Part shown: positions 46,047-55,500 of the stretch, piece after piece
How the letters are laid out: every line of letters begins with the position of its first letter
Position numbering within the stretch: position 1 is the first letter of the stretch
DNA from: an uncultured Planctomycetales bacterium
GTDB taxonomy: Bacteria > Omnitrophota > Gorgyraeia > Zapsychrales > Fredricksoniimonadaceae
Direction: 5' to 3'
DNA length: 58,057 nucleotides
NCBI GenBank assembly: GCA_964483785.1
Contig: CAZACW010000009.1
Location: 1 to 58,057, forward strand
Translations under genes and position numbers: made by a program
Notes under the pieces: model-generated
What the model was told of the DNA's origin: nothing
The model's database searches: none
What the model saw: only the letters and a program-made list of their open reading frames with translations

Positions 46047-46768
46047 GCACCATTTTTTTAGACGGAAGGATGTACAAGGTCAAGGCCCAGACCATCGAGG
46101 CCCTGGCGCCCGGCGCATTTGAGGCCCGCGGCGTTTTTGAGACCATGCTGGGTTTGGGAAGCCTGGTGCTTTATCTTCCCCTGCATTTGAAGCGCATGTG
46201 CAGAGGTTTAAAATGCCTTGGTCTTCAGGCGCCGTCCATCGGTCCTGCGGCGGTGCAGGAAGTTTTGCGGCGTAATCAACTGGCCTGTGCCAGGGTCAGG
46301 ATCATGGTTTGGCAGGAGGGAAGGCGGGTCCATGGCATGGTCTCTGCTTTGCCTTATCAAATTCCGGGCCGGAAGATATTCCGGGCCTGTTTGATCAAAA
46401 CCAACCGGCCGGCCGGCGCCCGTTGGGCCGAGGTGAAATCCTTGGATTACGCGATTTTTGCCCAGGCCTATGCCCAGGCCCGGTCCCAGGGATTTGATGA
46501 GGCGCTGTTGATCAATCAAAAAGGAAATATTTTCGAAGCCAGCCGCGCGAATATTTTCTGGACCGAGGGCAGGGCCTTGTTTACGCCGCCCTTGACCAGC
46601 GGCTGTTTAAACGGCATCACCCGTCAGCAGGTGATGCGCCAGGCCAGGCGCTTCAGAATTCCCGTAAAGGAAAAAAACCTGACCCCGCAGATGCTTCAAG
46701 CATCGGACAGCGCATTTTTGACCAATTCCCTGATGGGCATCAAACCCTTGGACATCCATTTGGGATAA
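46043..46768 (+). CDS. pabC: Class IV PLP aminotransferase, probable aminodeoxychorismate lyase
   Basis: GVFETM, HLKRM, VKSLDY, EASRANIF, GCLNGITR and FLTNS; ATGA-coupled to pabB. Confidence 0.78.
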   Translation: MSTIFLDGRMYKVKAQTIEALAPGAFEARGVFETMLGLGSLVLYLPLHLKRMCRGLKCLGLQAPSIGPAAVQEVLRRNQLACARVRIMVWQEGRRVHGMVSALPYQIPGRKIFRACLIKTNRPAGARWAEVKSLDYAIFAQAYAQARSQGFDEALLINQKGNIFEASRANIFWTEGRALFTPPLTSGCLNGITRQQVMRQARRFRIPVKEKNLTPQMLQASDSAFLTNSLMGIKPLDIHLG

Positions 46769-46819
46769 GTTTGAAATTTTTTATTTAAATCAACCCCGTG
46801 GACAGTTAAAATAAAATAT

Positions 46820-47452
46820 ATGAGATACGCCGCAATCTTGATCCCGGTGCTGTTCGTCTTAAGTTTCAGCCCCCGGTCCCTGGCCCAGGACAGCCATGAC
46901 CCCGCGGCCAATTATCAAAATTCTGATTATGACATTCCGGATGGGAACTCCATCATCATCGGCAATCCCAAGGCCCGCGTGACCTTGGTCGAATTCGCTG
47001 ATTTGCAATGTCCTTATTGCCGCCAGCTTTTTCCGGCCATCCAGCAGATTATGGAGGCTTACCCCGATGATGTCCGTCTGGTGGTCAAACATTTTCCTGC
47101 TGCCTTCCATCCCAATGCCAAAGGGGCGGCCAAAATCGCCCTGGCCGCCCACGGGCAGGGCAAATATTATGAAATGATGGACGCCTTGTATCAGTCCGGC
47201 GCGGATATCAGCGAAGCGGCCGTTAAACAGAATTGCGCGTCCTTGGGGATCAGCTATGATCTATTAAAGGCCGATTTGCAAAAAAACGATGCGGTTTACG
47301 AGGGCCAGATCCAGGAAGATATGGGCCTGGCAGCCGAGATCAAGCTCCGCATCCGGCCTGATCTTTTTATCAACGGCCATTTTTCCTTGGCCCGGGACTT
47401 CCCTTCCTTGAAAAAAGAGATCGATGGGATTTTGCAGGTCGATGCGGCGTAG
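46820..47452 (+). CDS. Exported DsbA/thioredoxin-fold protein
   Basis: Signal peptide (…SLA-QD), EFADLQCPYC, KHFP...H and FING. Confidence 0.88.
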   Translation: MRYAAILIPVLFVLSFSPRSLAQDSHDPAANYQNSDYDIPDGNSIIIGNPKARVTLVEFADLQCPYCRQLFPAIQQIMEAYPDDVRLVVKHFPAAFHPNAKGAAKIALAAHGQGKYYEMMDALYQSGADISEAAVKQNCASLGISYDLLKADLQKNDAVYEGQIQEDMGLAAEIKLRIRPDLFINGHFSLARDFPSLKKEIDGILQVDAA

Positions 47453-47480
47453 AATAAGATTGCGGAAAAGGCAGGATCAT

Positions 47481-47519
47481 TGATATAATGCCTGCCATTC
47501 AACACTTACTTTTTAAGGA
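47481..47519 (+). promoter_or_regulatory. Extended -10 promoter and Shine-Dalgarno of the metB-like gene
   Basis: TGaTATAAT at 47481-47489; AAGGA at 47515-47519 before ATGATG. Confidence 0.55.
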
Positions 47520-47520
47520 C

Positions 47521-48663
47521 ATGATGAAATTCCGTACCAAGTCCGTCCATACCGGCGTCAACATTGACAAGACCTTCAATTCGGTGATCACCCCGATCTA
47601 TCCGACCTCGACGTTTTTTTTCGACGAGATCGGCAAGAACAAGGGCTATGATTATACCCGTTCCGGCAATCCCACCCGCGCGGCCCTGGAAGCCAATATC
47701 GCGGCCTTGGAAGGCGGCATTGATGCTTCGGTGACCGCCACCGGCATGGCCGCCATCACCGCCGCGATGTTTTTCCTTAAACCCGGGGACCATATCGTCA
47801 CTGGCGATGATATTTACGGCGGCACCTACAGGCTTTTTAACGCGGTCCTAAAACCCATGGGCTTTGCGTTTTCTTTCATTAACATGCGTGATCCTGCCAA
47901 GGTCAGGGCCGCCATTAAGAAAAACACCAGGATGATCTGGATCGAAACGCCCTCCAATCCTTTGCTGAACATCGTGGATCTGGAGGCAATGATAGATCTG
48001 GCCAGGAAGGCCAAGGCCTTAAGCGTCGTAGACAACACTTTTTTATCGCCGTATTTTCAAAGGCCTTTTGATTTCGGCGCGGACATGGTGGTGCATTCCA
48101 CGACCAAATACCTCAACGGCCACTCGGATGTCGTCGGAGGCGCGCTTATCTACGCCCGCAAGGAACTGCAGGAGCGCGGCCGTTATCTGGTCAATGCCTT
48201 AGGGGTGTCCCAGTCCCCCTATGATGCCTGGCTGGTTTTGCGCGGGGTCAAGACCTTGGCACCCCGCATGGAAGCGCACCAGGCCAATGCGCTGGAAATC
48301 GCCCATTTTTTGGAAAGGCACAAGAATGTCCGGAAGGTCTATTATCCGGGCCTTAAAAGCCATCCCCAGCAAGCCCTGATCAAAAAGCAGATGAAGGGAT
48401 TTGGGGCCATGCTGGCTTTTGAATTGAACACTTCCAAGGTGCCTTTAAACAAGTTTTTCAAAAAATTGAAGTTCTTCGCGCTGGCGGAATCCTTAGGGGG
48501 TGTTGAGTCCTTGGCCGAGACCCCCTGGTTCATGAGCCACGCGTCCATGGGGGAGGCGGGGCTTAAGGCCTCGGGGATCACCCGCGAGACCGTGCGTGTT
48601 TCCGTCGGCATTGAAGATGCCGCAGACCTGATCGCTGACCTTGATGGGGCGCTGAAAGGATGA
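47521..48663 (+). CDS. metB: Cystathionine gamma-synthase/lyase (Cys/Met metabolism PLP enzyme)
   Basis: YDYTRSGNPTR, GMAAI, YGGT, ETPSNP, VDNTF, HSTTKYLNGHSD and AESLGGVESL. Exact specificity is not resolvable from sequence. Confidence 0.85.
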   Translation: MMKFRTKSVHTGVNIDKTFNSVITPIYPTSTFFFDEIGKNKGYDYTRSGNPTRAALEANIAALEGGIDASVTATGMAAITAAMFFLKPGDHIVTGDDIYGGTYRLFNAVLKPMGFAFSFINMRDPAKVRAAIKKNTRMIWIETPSNPLLNIVDLEAMIDLARKAKALSVVDNTFLSPYFQRPFDFGADMVVHSTTKYLNGHSDVVGGALIYARKELQERGRYLVNALGVSQSPYDAWLVLRGVKTLAPRMEAHQANALEIAHFLERHKNVRKVYYPGLKSHPQQALIKKQMKGFGAMLAFELNTSKVPLNKFFKKLKFFALAESLGGVESLAETPWFMSHASMGEAGLKASGITRETVRVSVGIEDAADLIADLDGALKG

Positions 48664-48664
48664 T

Positions 48665-49417
48665 ATGAGACAATCCGCCTTGGCTTTTGTGTTGTTTCTT
48701 ATGTCCGGGTCCTTGGTGTACGCGCAATTGCCTGACATCGAGGCCGCGGTGATGGACAAGGATTACGCCAAGGCCAGGGACCTGGCCTCCGAGATCATCA
48801 AGGACAGCAATAATGCCGCGGACCGCACCCAGGCGCAGTATTATTACGGCCTGGCCCAGCTGAGGCTGGGGCAATATACTGATGCGCGGGATTCTTTTCA
48901 AAAAGTCATGGAGGACAAACCTGCGCAGGACCTTTATGACAAGGCCGGGCTGAGCTTGACCGAAGGCTATTATGTCGAAGGCCGCTATTCCGATGCCCTG
49001 GAGGCGGCCAATCATCTTCTGCGCAAAAGCCCGCACTCCTCGTTTTTGAGCCTGATTTATTTTAAGATCGCCGGCGCTGATTTAAAATTGATGCGATGGG
49101 AAGACGCCAATCAATTCCTCAATAAAATCGTGGATGAGTTTCCCCAAAGCCCGGAAGCGCCCGTGGCCAAACAACTGCTCGAGGAAAAACAGTATTTTGC
49201 CGTGCAGGTGGGTTCGTTTTTGGACAAGGGCAGGGCCCTGACCCTCATCGATGAATTGAAGGGCAACGGCCAGTACGCCTATGTGGTGGAGACCACGACC
49301 GCCAACGGCGAGAAATTCTACCGTGTCCGTGTCGGCCAGATGAGTTCGCTCAAAGATGCCCAGGAGTTGAAAAACCGTTTATCCAAGATGGGCTATCCTA
49401 CCTTGATTTATCCTTGA
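48665..49417 (+). CDS. Exported TPR + SPOR domain protein
   Basis: Signal peptide, TPR-like helices, C-terminal FAVQVGSF...FYRVRVG SPOR pattern. Confidence 0.88.
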   Translation: MRQSALAFVLFLMSGSLVYAQLPDIEAAVMDKDYAKARDLASEIIKDSNNAADRTQAQYYYGLAQLRLGQYTDARDSFQKVMEDKPAQDLYDKAGLSLTEGYYVEGRYSDALEAANHLLRKSPHSSFLSLIYFKIAGADLKLMRWEDANQFLNKIVDEFPQSPEAPVAKQLLEEKQYFAVQVGSFLDKGRALTLIDELKGNGQYAYVVETTTANGEKFYRVRVGQMSSLKDAQELKNRLSKMGYPTLIYP

Positions 49418-50337
49418 TGAAATCCCTGCCCCTGGTGTTTCTCATCGGGCCGACCGCCGTCGGAAAATCTGAAACAGGGCTTTGCCTGGCCGAAGCCTGG
49501 AAGGTCGAAATCATCGGCTGTGACGCCATGCAGGTCTATAGGGAAATTTCCGTGGCCAATGACAGGCCGGGGCAGGACGCCCTGGCCAGGGTCAAGCACC
49601 ATCTGGTGGGCACGGTATCGGTGAGAGAAGAATTCAACGCGGCGCGTTTTCGGCAATTGGCCCTTGAGGCCGTTCAAAAAATCCAGGCGCAGGGCCAAAC
49701 CGCCTTGATCATCGGCGGCACAGGGCTGTACATGTCGGTATTGCTCGACGGGATTTTTGAAGGCCCGGCGTCCGATGAGGATTTGAGGGAAGCATTAAAC
49801 AGGGAAATGGCGGATCAAGGCCTGGAGGCCATGCATGAGCGCCTTCAAAAACTGGACCCGCAGGCCGCGGCCAAAATCCATCCCCATGATCCGCAAAGAA
49901 TTATCAGGGCCTTGGAAGTGGCGCTGGTGACAGGGCAGCCCATTTCAGCCATGCAGGAAAAGCGCGAGGGCCTCTGGGGCAGGATGCCGGTTAAGATTTA
50001 CGCATTGAACCGGCCGCGCGCAGAGCTTTACCAGCGGGCCGAGGCGCGTGTCGAGGCGATGTTTACCCGGGGGCTGGTCGATGAAATTCAAAAGGTGTTG
50101 GAACTGCCGTTGAGCCTCACGGCCCGAAAAATCATCGGCATTCCTGAAGTCTCCGGCTATTTGAAAGGCGCTTACGATCTTGAGCGTGCGAAATATTTGA
50201 TGAAGCTCAATACCCGCCACTATATCAAGCGGCAGATGACTTGGTTTAGGAAGGACAAGAGGATCGAGTGGATTGACATGGCTTTAGGCCAATCCCCGGC
50301 CCACATTGCGGAAATAATCCGGGGCCGTTTAAAATAG
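49417..50337 (+). CDS. miaA: tRNA dimethylallyltransferase
   Basis: GPTAVGKS, DAMQVY, HHLV, GGTGLY, RIIRALEV and TRHYIKRQMTWF. Confidence 0.96.
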   Translation: MKSLPLVFLIGPTAVGKSETGLCLAEAWKVEIIGCDAMQVYREISVANDRPGQDALARVKHHLVGTVSVREEFNAARFRQLALEAVQKIQAQGQTALIIGGTGLYMSVLLDGIFEGPASDEDLREALNREMADQGLEAMHERLQKLDPQAAAKIHPHDPQRIIRALEVALVTGQPISAMQEKREGLWGRMPVKIYALNRPRAELYQRAEARVEAMFTRGLVDEIQKVLELPLSLTARKIIGIPEVSGYLKGAYDLERAKYLMKLNTRHYIKRQMTWFRKDKRIEWIDMALGQSPAHIAEIIRGRLK

Positions 50338-50393
50338 GGGACAGCGCCCTATTTTATTTGGGTGTGATCTAAATAGGGCGCTGTCCCCTATTT
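50332..50393. repeat. Family A palindrome between miaA and hflX
   Basis: 23-bp arms 50332-50354 / 50371-50393; the left arm contains the miaA TAG stop. Confidence 0.92.
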
Positions 50394-50407
50394 CCCGGTA
50401 TTCAACG

Positions 50408-51643
50408 ATGAAAGAAAAAATTTTATTGGCTGTTGTGACGGAAAACCTGCACAGTTCCTGGTCGCCGGAGGATGAGGCCGCGGAAATGAAGCAGTTGATT
50501 GCAAGCTGCGGCGGGGACATCGTGCACACTGTTTTTTGCAAATGCATGCCGCCCACCGCGTCCCATATGCTCACCTCGGGCAAGGTGGCTGAGATCCAGG
50601 CCCTGTGTCAGGCCGGCGGCATCGACGCTGTCATCGTCAGCTGTGATTTAAAAGGCACGCAGCAGCGCAACCTGGAGACGGATTTCGGCACCAAGACCTT
50701 GGACCGCACCCAGGTGATCCTGGATATCTTTGCCCGGCGGGCCTCTTCCCAAGAGGGCAAGATGCAGGTGGAATTGGCCCAATTGCAATACCGCCTGCCC
50801 AGGCTGACCGGCCACGGCGAGGAAATGTCGCGCTTAGGGGGCGGCATCGGCACCTCGGGCCCGGGCGAAACCAAATTAGAAATCGACCGCCGCCGCATCG
50901 CCGAGCGCATCACCCGTTTAAAGAAGGACTTAAAAACCGTCACCCAAAGCCGCCAGGTCAAGCGCAAAAAACGCCAGGACCAAAAAATCCCCACCGTGGC
51001 CTTGGTCGGCTACACCAATGCCGGCAAATCCACCTTGCTCAACACCCTGACCGGCGCCGGGACCCTGGTGCACGACGGGCTTTTTACCACGCTGGATTCC
51101 CTCTCCCGCCAGGCTTTATTGCACAATAAGCAAAAGGTCGTCTTTTCCGACACTGTCGGTTTTATGCATGCCTTGCCGCATGGGCTGATCGAGGCCTTTA
51201 AGGCCACCCTCGAGGAGGTGCAGGAGGCGGATTTATTGCTGCATGTGCTGGATATCAGCCATCCGGATTTCCGGAAATTTTACGAAGCGGTGAATGCGGT
51301 GCTGGATGAGCTGAAGGTCCTGGATAAACCCACGGTCCTGGTCTTGAATAAAATCGACAAGCTCGAGGACAAAAGGCGCTTGGATAATTTTAAGCAAGAG
51401 GCTGAACACAGCCAGGGCATCTCAGCCTTGAAAGGCGAGAATGTCCAAAAATTGCTGCTGTTGATCGAAGATATCCTGGCCCAGGCTTCTGTGGAGGTGG
51501 ACATTGTCCTGCCGTCTGACCGCATGGATTTGGTGAACCTGGCCTATGCCCAAGGCCAGGTGCATGAAGTGAAATTTTTGGCCGAGGGCATCCATTTGAA
51601 AGCTTCCCTGCCTGCCAAAACCGCCGGCGCCCTTAAAACTTAA
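50408..51643 (+). CDS. hflX: GTPase HflX
   Basis: ILDIFARRA, GPGETKLEIDRR, GYTNAGKS, FTTLD, DTVGF, NKID and SAL. Confidence 0.96.
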   Translation: MKEKILLAVVTENLHSSWSPEDEAAEMKQLIASCGGDIVHTVFCKCMPPTASHMLTSGKVAEIQALCQAGGIDAVIVSCDLKGTQQRNLETDFGTKTLDRTQVILDIFARRASSQEGKMQVELAQLQYRLPRLTGHGEEMSRLGGGIGTSGPGETKLEIDRRRIAERITRLKKDLKTVTQSRQVKRKKRQDQKIPTVALVGYTNAGKSTLLNTLTGAGTLVHDGLFTTLDSLSRQALLHNKQKVVFSDTVGFMHALPHGLIEAFKATLEEVQEADLLLHVLDISHPDFRKFYEAVNAVLDELKVLDKPTVLVLNKIDKLEDKRRLDNFKQEAEHSQGISALKGENVQKLLLLIEDILAQASVEVDIVLPSDRMDLVNLAYAQGQVHEVKFLAEGIHLKASLPAKTAGALKT

Positions 51644-51674
51644 GACAATCCTTTCAATGGTTTCCATATTCCTA

Positions 51675-51700
51675 CAGCCCAATCGCAGGTTTATAGGCTG
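51675..51700. terminator. Possible weak hairpin between convergent hflX and PIN genes
   Basis: CAGCC...GGCTG stem with no clear U-tract. Confidence 0.25.
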
Positions 51701-51707
51701 CTAAGAC

Positions 51708-52163
51708 TTATCCCAAAAACGGGCCGATCCATTCCCTAAAAAGTTTTAGAGCGTCTGAGGGCACAACGATTGGGAAATTGACCAGTGAGGAAACGTCTTT
51801 TTTCATAAAATCGCGCGTGTTCCACGTAATGAATGCCGAAACCTTGGCCGCATGGGCAGAGCAGAGTATGCAAGCATCGGCTTGGGGCAATTGTTCACGG
51901 AACGGTTTGATTTGGCTGGGGGAGGGATCAGCCGTGATTTCAGGGGCAAGATGTTTCCAAAGCCGGCGGCTTTCTTGGATGAGTTCGGGGAATTTGGCGG
52001 CCAATACCCGATCAGCCTCTATGATGACTTGTTGGCAAACCACCATGCGCACCGCCCCGGCTTCCACTAATCGTAAAAGCTCTCCCGCAGCCCCGTCGGG
52101 AGAAATCAGGGCCGCAAGATAGACGCTGGTGTCGAAAAAAAGCCGGTAGGAAGGGACAGGCAT
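51708..52163 (-). CDS. PIN-domain toxin (VapC-like)
   Basis: FFDTSVYLAA, IIEA, DACIL and ITWNTRDF acidic PIN pattern. Confidence 0.88.
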   Translation of the reverse strand: MPVPSYRLFFDTSVYLAALISPDGAAGELLRLVEAGAVRMVVCQQVIIEADRVLAAKFPELIQESRRLWKHLAPEITADPSPSQIKPFREQLPQADACILCSAHAAKVSAFITWNTRDFMKKDVSSLVNFPIVVPSDALKLFREWIGPFLG

Positions 52164-52402
52164 TAAGGTTCTTTTCTTAGGTTTTTCAAGTCCTTTAACA
52201 GCCCCGCCAGGCTGATGTCTTTGAGTTTGGCTGTTTTGGCAAATTTTTTTGAAACGTCCTCAAAAACAGAGGGCTGGGGCGTCAAAAGAATCCCATTGCC
52301 CACCCTGGCTACGGATAACAGGGCATCTTCCGATAAATGCAAAGAGGCGCGGATATCGGCCGGGATGGTGATTTGACCTTTTTTTCTCATTTGCGTGACC
52401 AT
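52163..52402 (-). CDS. AbrB/MazE-family antitoxin
   Basis: KGQITIPADIR...L motif, GGAGG SD, coupled to the PIN gene. Confidence 0.9.
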   Translation of the reverse strand: MVTQMRKKGQITIPADIRASLHLSEDALLSVARVGNGILLTPQPSVFEDVSKKFAKTAKLKDISLAGLLKDLKNLRKEP

Positions 52403-52442
52403 AGGGGGACCCTCCGGTTATTTCCAACTAATTCCTACTTTC

Positions 52443-52476
52443 ATACATAGTATAACATGTATCTTTTCGATGGCAA
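52443..52476 (-). promoter_or_regulatory. Toxin-antitoxin promoter with overlapping inverted repeat (candidate operator)
   Basis: Minus strand TTGCCA-N16-TATACT, also an extended TGtTATACT; inverted repeat ATACAT-N8-ATGTAT at 52443-52462. Confidence 0.55.
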
Positions 52477-52514
52477 GGCATAAAGTCTTCTGTCATTTAG
52501 GATAACTTCAATTT

Positions 52515-52550
52515 TTGGCAAAGAATGTATTCACATTGTATACTTTTATT
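52515..52550 (+). promoter_or_regulatory. Leaderless-type promoter TTGGCA-N18-TATACT-N6-ATG
   Basis: Same geometry as 57607-57642 upstream of the paralogue. Confidence 0.55.
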
Positions 52551-55500
52551 ATGCTTAAAAATTTAGATATAAAAAAAGGTATGCTCACAGGGATTCTGTG
52601 TGCATTTTTATTGAATTCCTTTGGGCCGCTGCCAGCCCGGGCGGACGAGTTTTTATTGCCTAAACCAGGGGTAGTAGTCCCCTTAAGCCCTGCCTTCAAC
52701 CCGCCGATTCTTAAAGGCATTAAAGTCCACCCAGAAAACCCATTTCGTTTCGAGTTTATTCTTGATAAGGGAGATGGCCAACTGGATGATCGACAGCTCA
52801 AAAATGTATCAAGCAAACTGATTAAATATTTCCTTGCCAGTCTCACCATTCCTGAGAAAGACCTCTGGGTTAATCTCTCACCTTACGAGAAGAACAGAAT
52901 TATTCCCCAAAGTTTTGGCCTGACAGAAATGGGCCGTGATTTGTTGGCGGAGGATTATATGCTCAAGCAAGTCACCGCCAGTCTGATTTATCCGGAAGGA
53001 GAGACAGGCAAGAAATTCTGGAAATGCATCTACACAAAGGCCATCCAAAAATTCGGCACGACCGATATTCCAGTAAATACATTTAACAAGGTTTGGATTG
53101 TTCCGGAGAAAGCAGTTGTCTATGAAAATGCAAAAGCTGGCGCGGCTTACGTGGTCGAGAGCAAGCTTAAGGTCATGGTAGAACAGGATTACCTGGCGCT
53201 TATGAAGAATGGACAAACCGCCAGGCCCCAGAAGGGGATTCCCTTAAAAAAGAAAAGCAGCGTTTTCGGTTCCCAAATCTTCCGCGAGATTGTCATCCCC
53301 CAGTTGAGCCAGGAGATCAATAACGGAAGAAATTTCGTCCAGCTCCGGCAGGTTTATCATTCGCTTATCCTGGCGGCATGGTACAAAAAGAAAATCAAGG
53401 ACAGCCTATTGACGTTGGGGTATGCTGACAAACATAAGATCGCGGGGATTAAAATCAACGATGCTTTGGGCAAGCAGAGGATTTATGAGCTTTATTTACA
53501 GGCGTTCAAGAAGGGGGCATATAACTACATCAGAGAGGAAATTGATCCAGTGACAAACCAGGCCGTGCCAAGGAAGTATTTTTCCGGGGGTGTGCGGTTT
53601 GGGCTCGAAGCGGATCGAGCCATGACGATAATGGAAGGTGTGCCAGATATGAATTTATTGAATGGACATCACATCTTTATTATCCGGGCTCGATTGAATG
53701 CTGCTCAAGACAAGGCCGCGATTAGTCATCCTCATCCTAAATCCAGATCAGGCCAACCCCAGGGCTATCCCACGAGAGCGGATGCTCCCGATAGCTGGGG
53801 TGATATGGACAGCCACTACGTTCCTCCAGAATATACGGCGCCCGTTGTATTGGCAAACGATGAGACAAAATTTACTGCCGACGCATTGAAAGACCCCACC
53901 AAGGGCTGGGCGGACCCGGTCGATCCCACCGATGTAAAAAGTAAGTTTTTAAGCTACGAGGGTAAAATATTTTTTGATCGACTAGGAAGACCAAGAAATC
54001 CTAAGGGGCCAACAGGCATTGCCGGGCGGGGAAACTTGGGTCGCTGGGGCCCCAATCATGCGGTTGATCCTATTGTCACCCGCTATAGCGCCAAAACAGG
54101 GAAACTCCAAGTCCTGGCCGTGTTACGCGAAGATGCCCGGCAATGGGCCTTGCCCGGAGGTTTTGTCGATAGAGGTGAAGAGCCATTAAATGCCCTGACG
54201 AGGGAATTAAAAGAAGAGACAGGGGCTGTCGTAGACATGAGGCAAGGGGAAACGGTTTATAAAGGTTATGTGGATGATCCGCGTAATACCGACAATGCCT
54301 GGATTGAGACGGTAGCAATGCATGTCCACGTTTCTTATGAACAGTCAAGACAGTTGATTTCCTCGGACAGAAAGGAAGAGAATATCGTCGCCTCCTGGCT
54401 GGATGTGGAGGATGAAATGAATGCAGGTACATTTTATGCCAGCCATGGAGAATTCTTAAAAGCATTGCTGGAACGTTGGCCTCTGACCAGGACGCAAGAA
54501 ACTGCATCCAATGTCCGGCGTATCGTTTCAAGCCCTATGGCTGTTAAGTACGATCAGAAACTTGACTTTAAGGCAAATACCTATGCCGGTTACAGCGCCG
54601 AATTGTCCAGACGGGAGAGGAAAGAATTCGAGCGGCATTTTATGGAAGATTTGGTAGAGGCCATTAAGGCCTATGAACAAAGCGGGGAATGGAAATATTA
54701 TCATGTCGAAGGCCGGGCACAGTTGAGAAAAAGCTTTATCGAACCAGGTGAGGGCTTATTCGAGGCCGGCGGAGCGTTGGATAAAAATGGGTTTTTCAGT
54801 TCGCCAGAGTACTACATCAATAGAATCGTCCGGCCATATTTGCGGGCCACCCTATTGTCCGGAGATCATGTGGGGGAAAGGGTGGCGGTATATTTGGACC
54901 TAACGGCAAAAAAAGGGACCGGCGCCTATGAGGCGCAAATAAAGGCACGCAATCTTGTTCGAGATATTGTCAAGGGTGTCACCAATCGTTATTATGAAGG
55001 AGAACTTTTGCTGGATGTGGCCCCGACAAACCCGGTGTTGCGGTGGGCTTGGAGATTCGCTAATAGAGCCACGGTACCTCTGGTCAGAAGGACGACAAAT
55101 ACAGTGATGACAGTATCTGCGGGATACGCGTTATACAAAGTTTTCGGTCACTTACTGACGAAAAAATTGTTGGGTATCGTTTCTGCTTTTTTGGGCATCG
55201 TTGTTCTATATGTCGCCTATTATTATATTTCCGAGGCCATTGCGGTCAAACTCAGACCTTGGATATTTAAGAAGACAATTAAATATTATGACAATAAACT
55301 TTTATCCTATATTTTGGATTTCACGCCGTTTGAAAGAAAGCGGATCGAGGTCCAATACCATGATAATTTTCAGAAAATGAGAGGGCTTGATGAATCAGAG
55401 GCATCCATCGGACTTCTTGATGAGGTTGAGAAAATAATTTTTCGAGGATTAAGAGAACGGCAACAATATCTCTGGGCATCCAAGATCGGCTTGGAATTAG

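Noticed and set aside
52515-52530. Sigma-54 promoter (TGGCA)
   Set aside because: No GC at the -12 position at either site (GG-N10-GC not satisfied).
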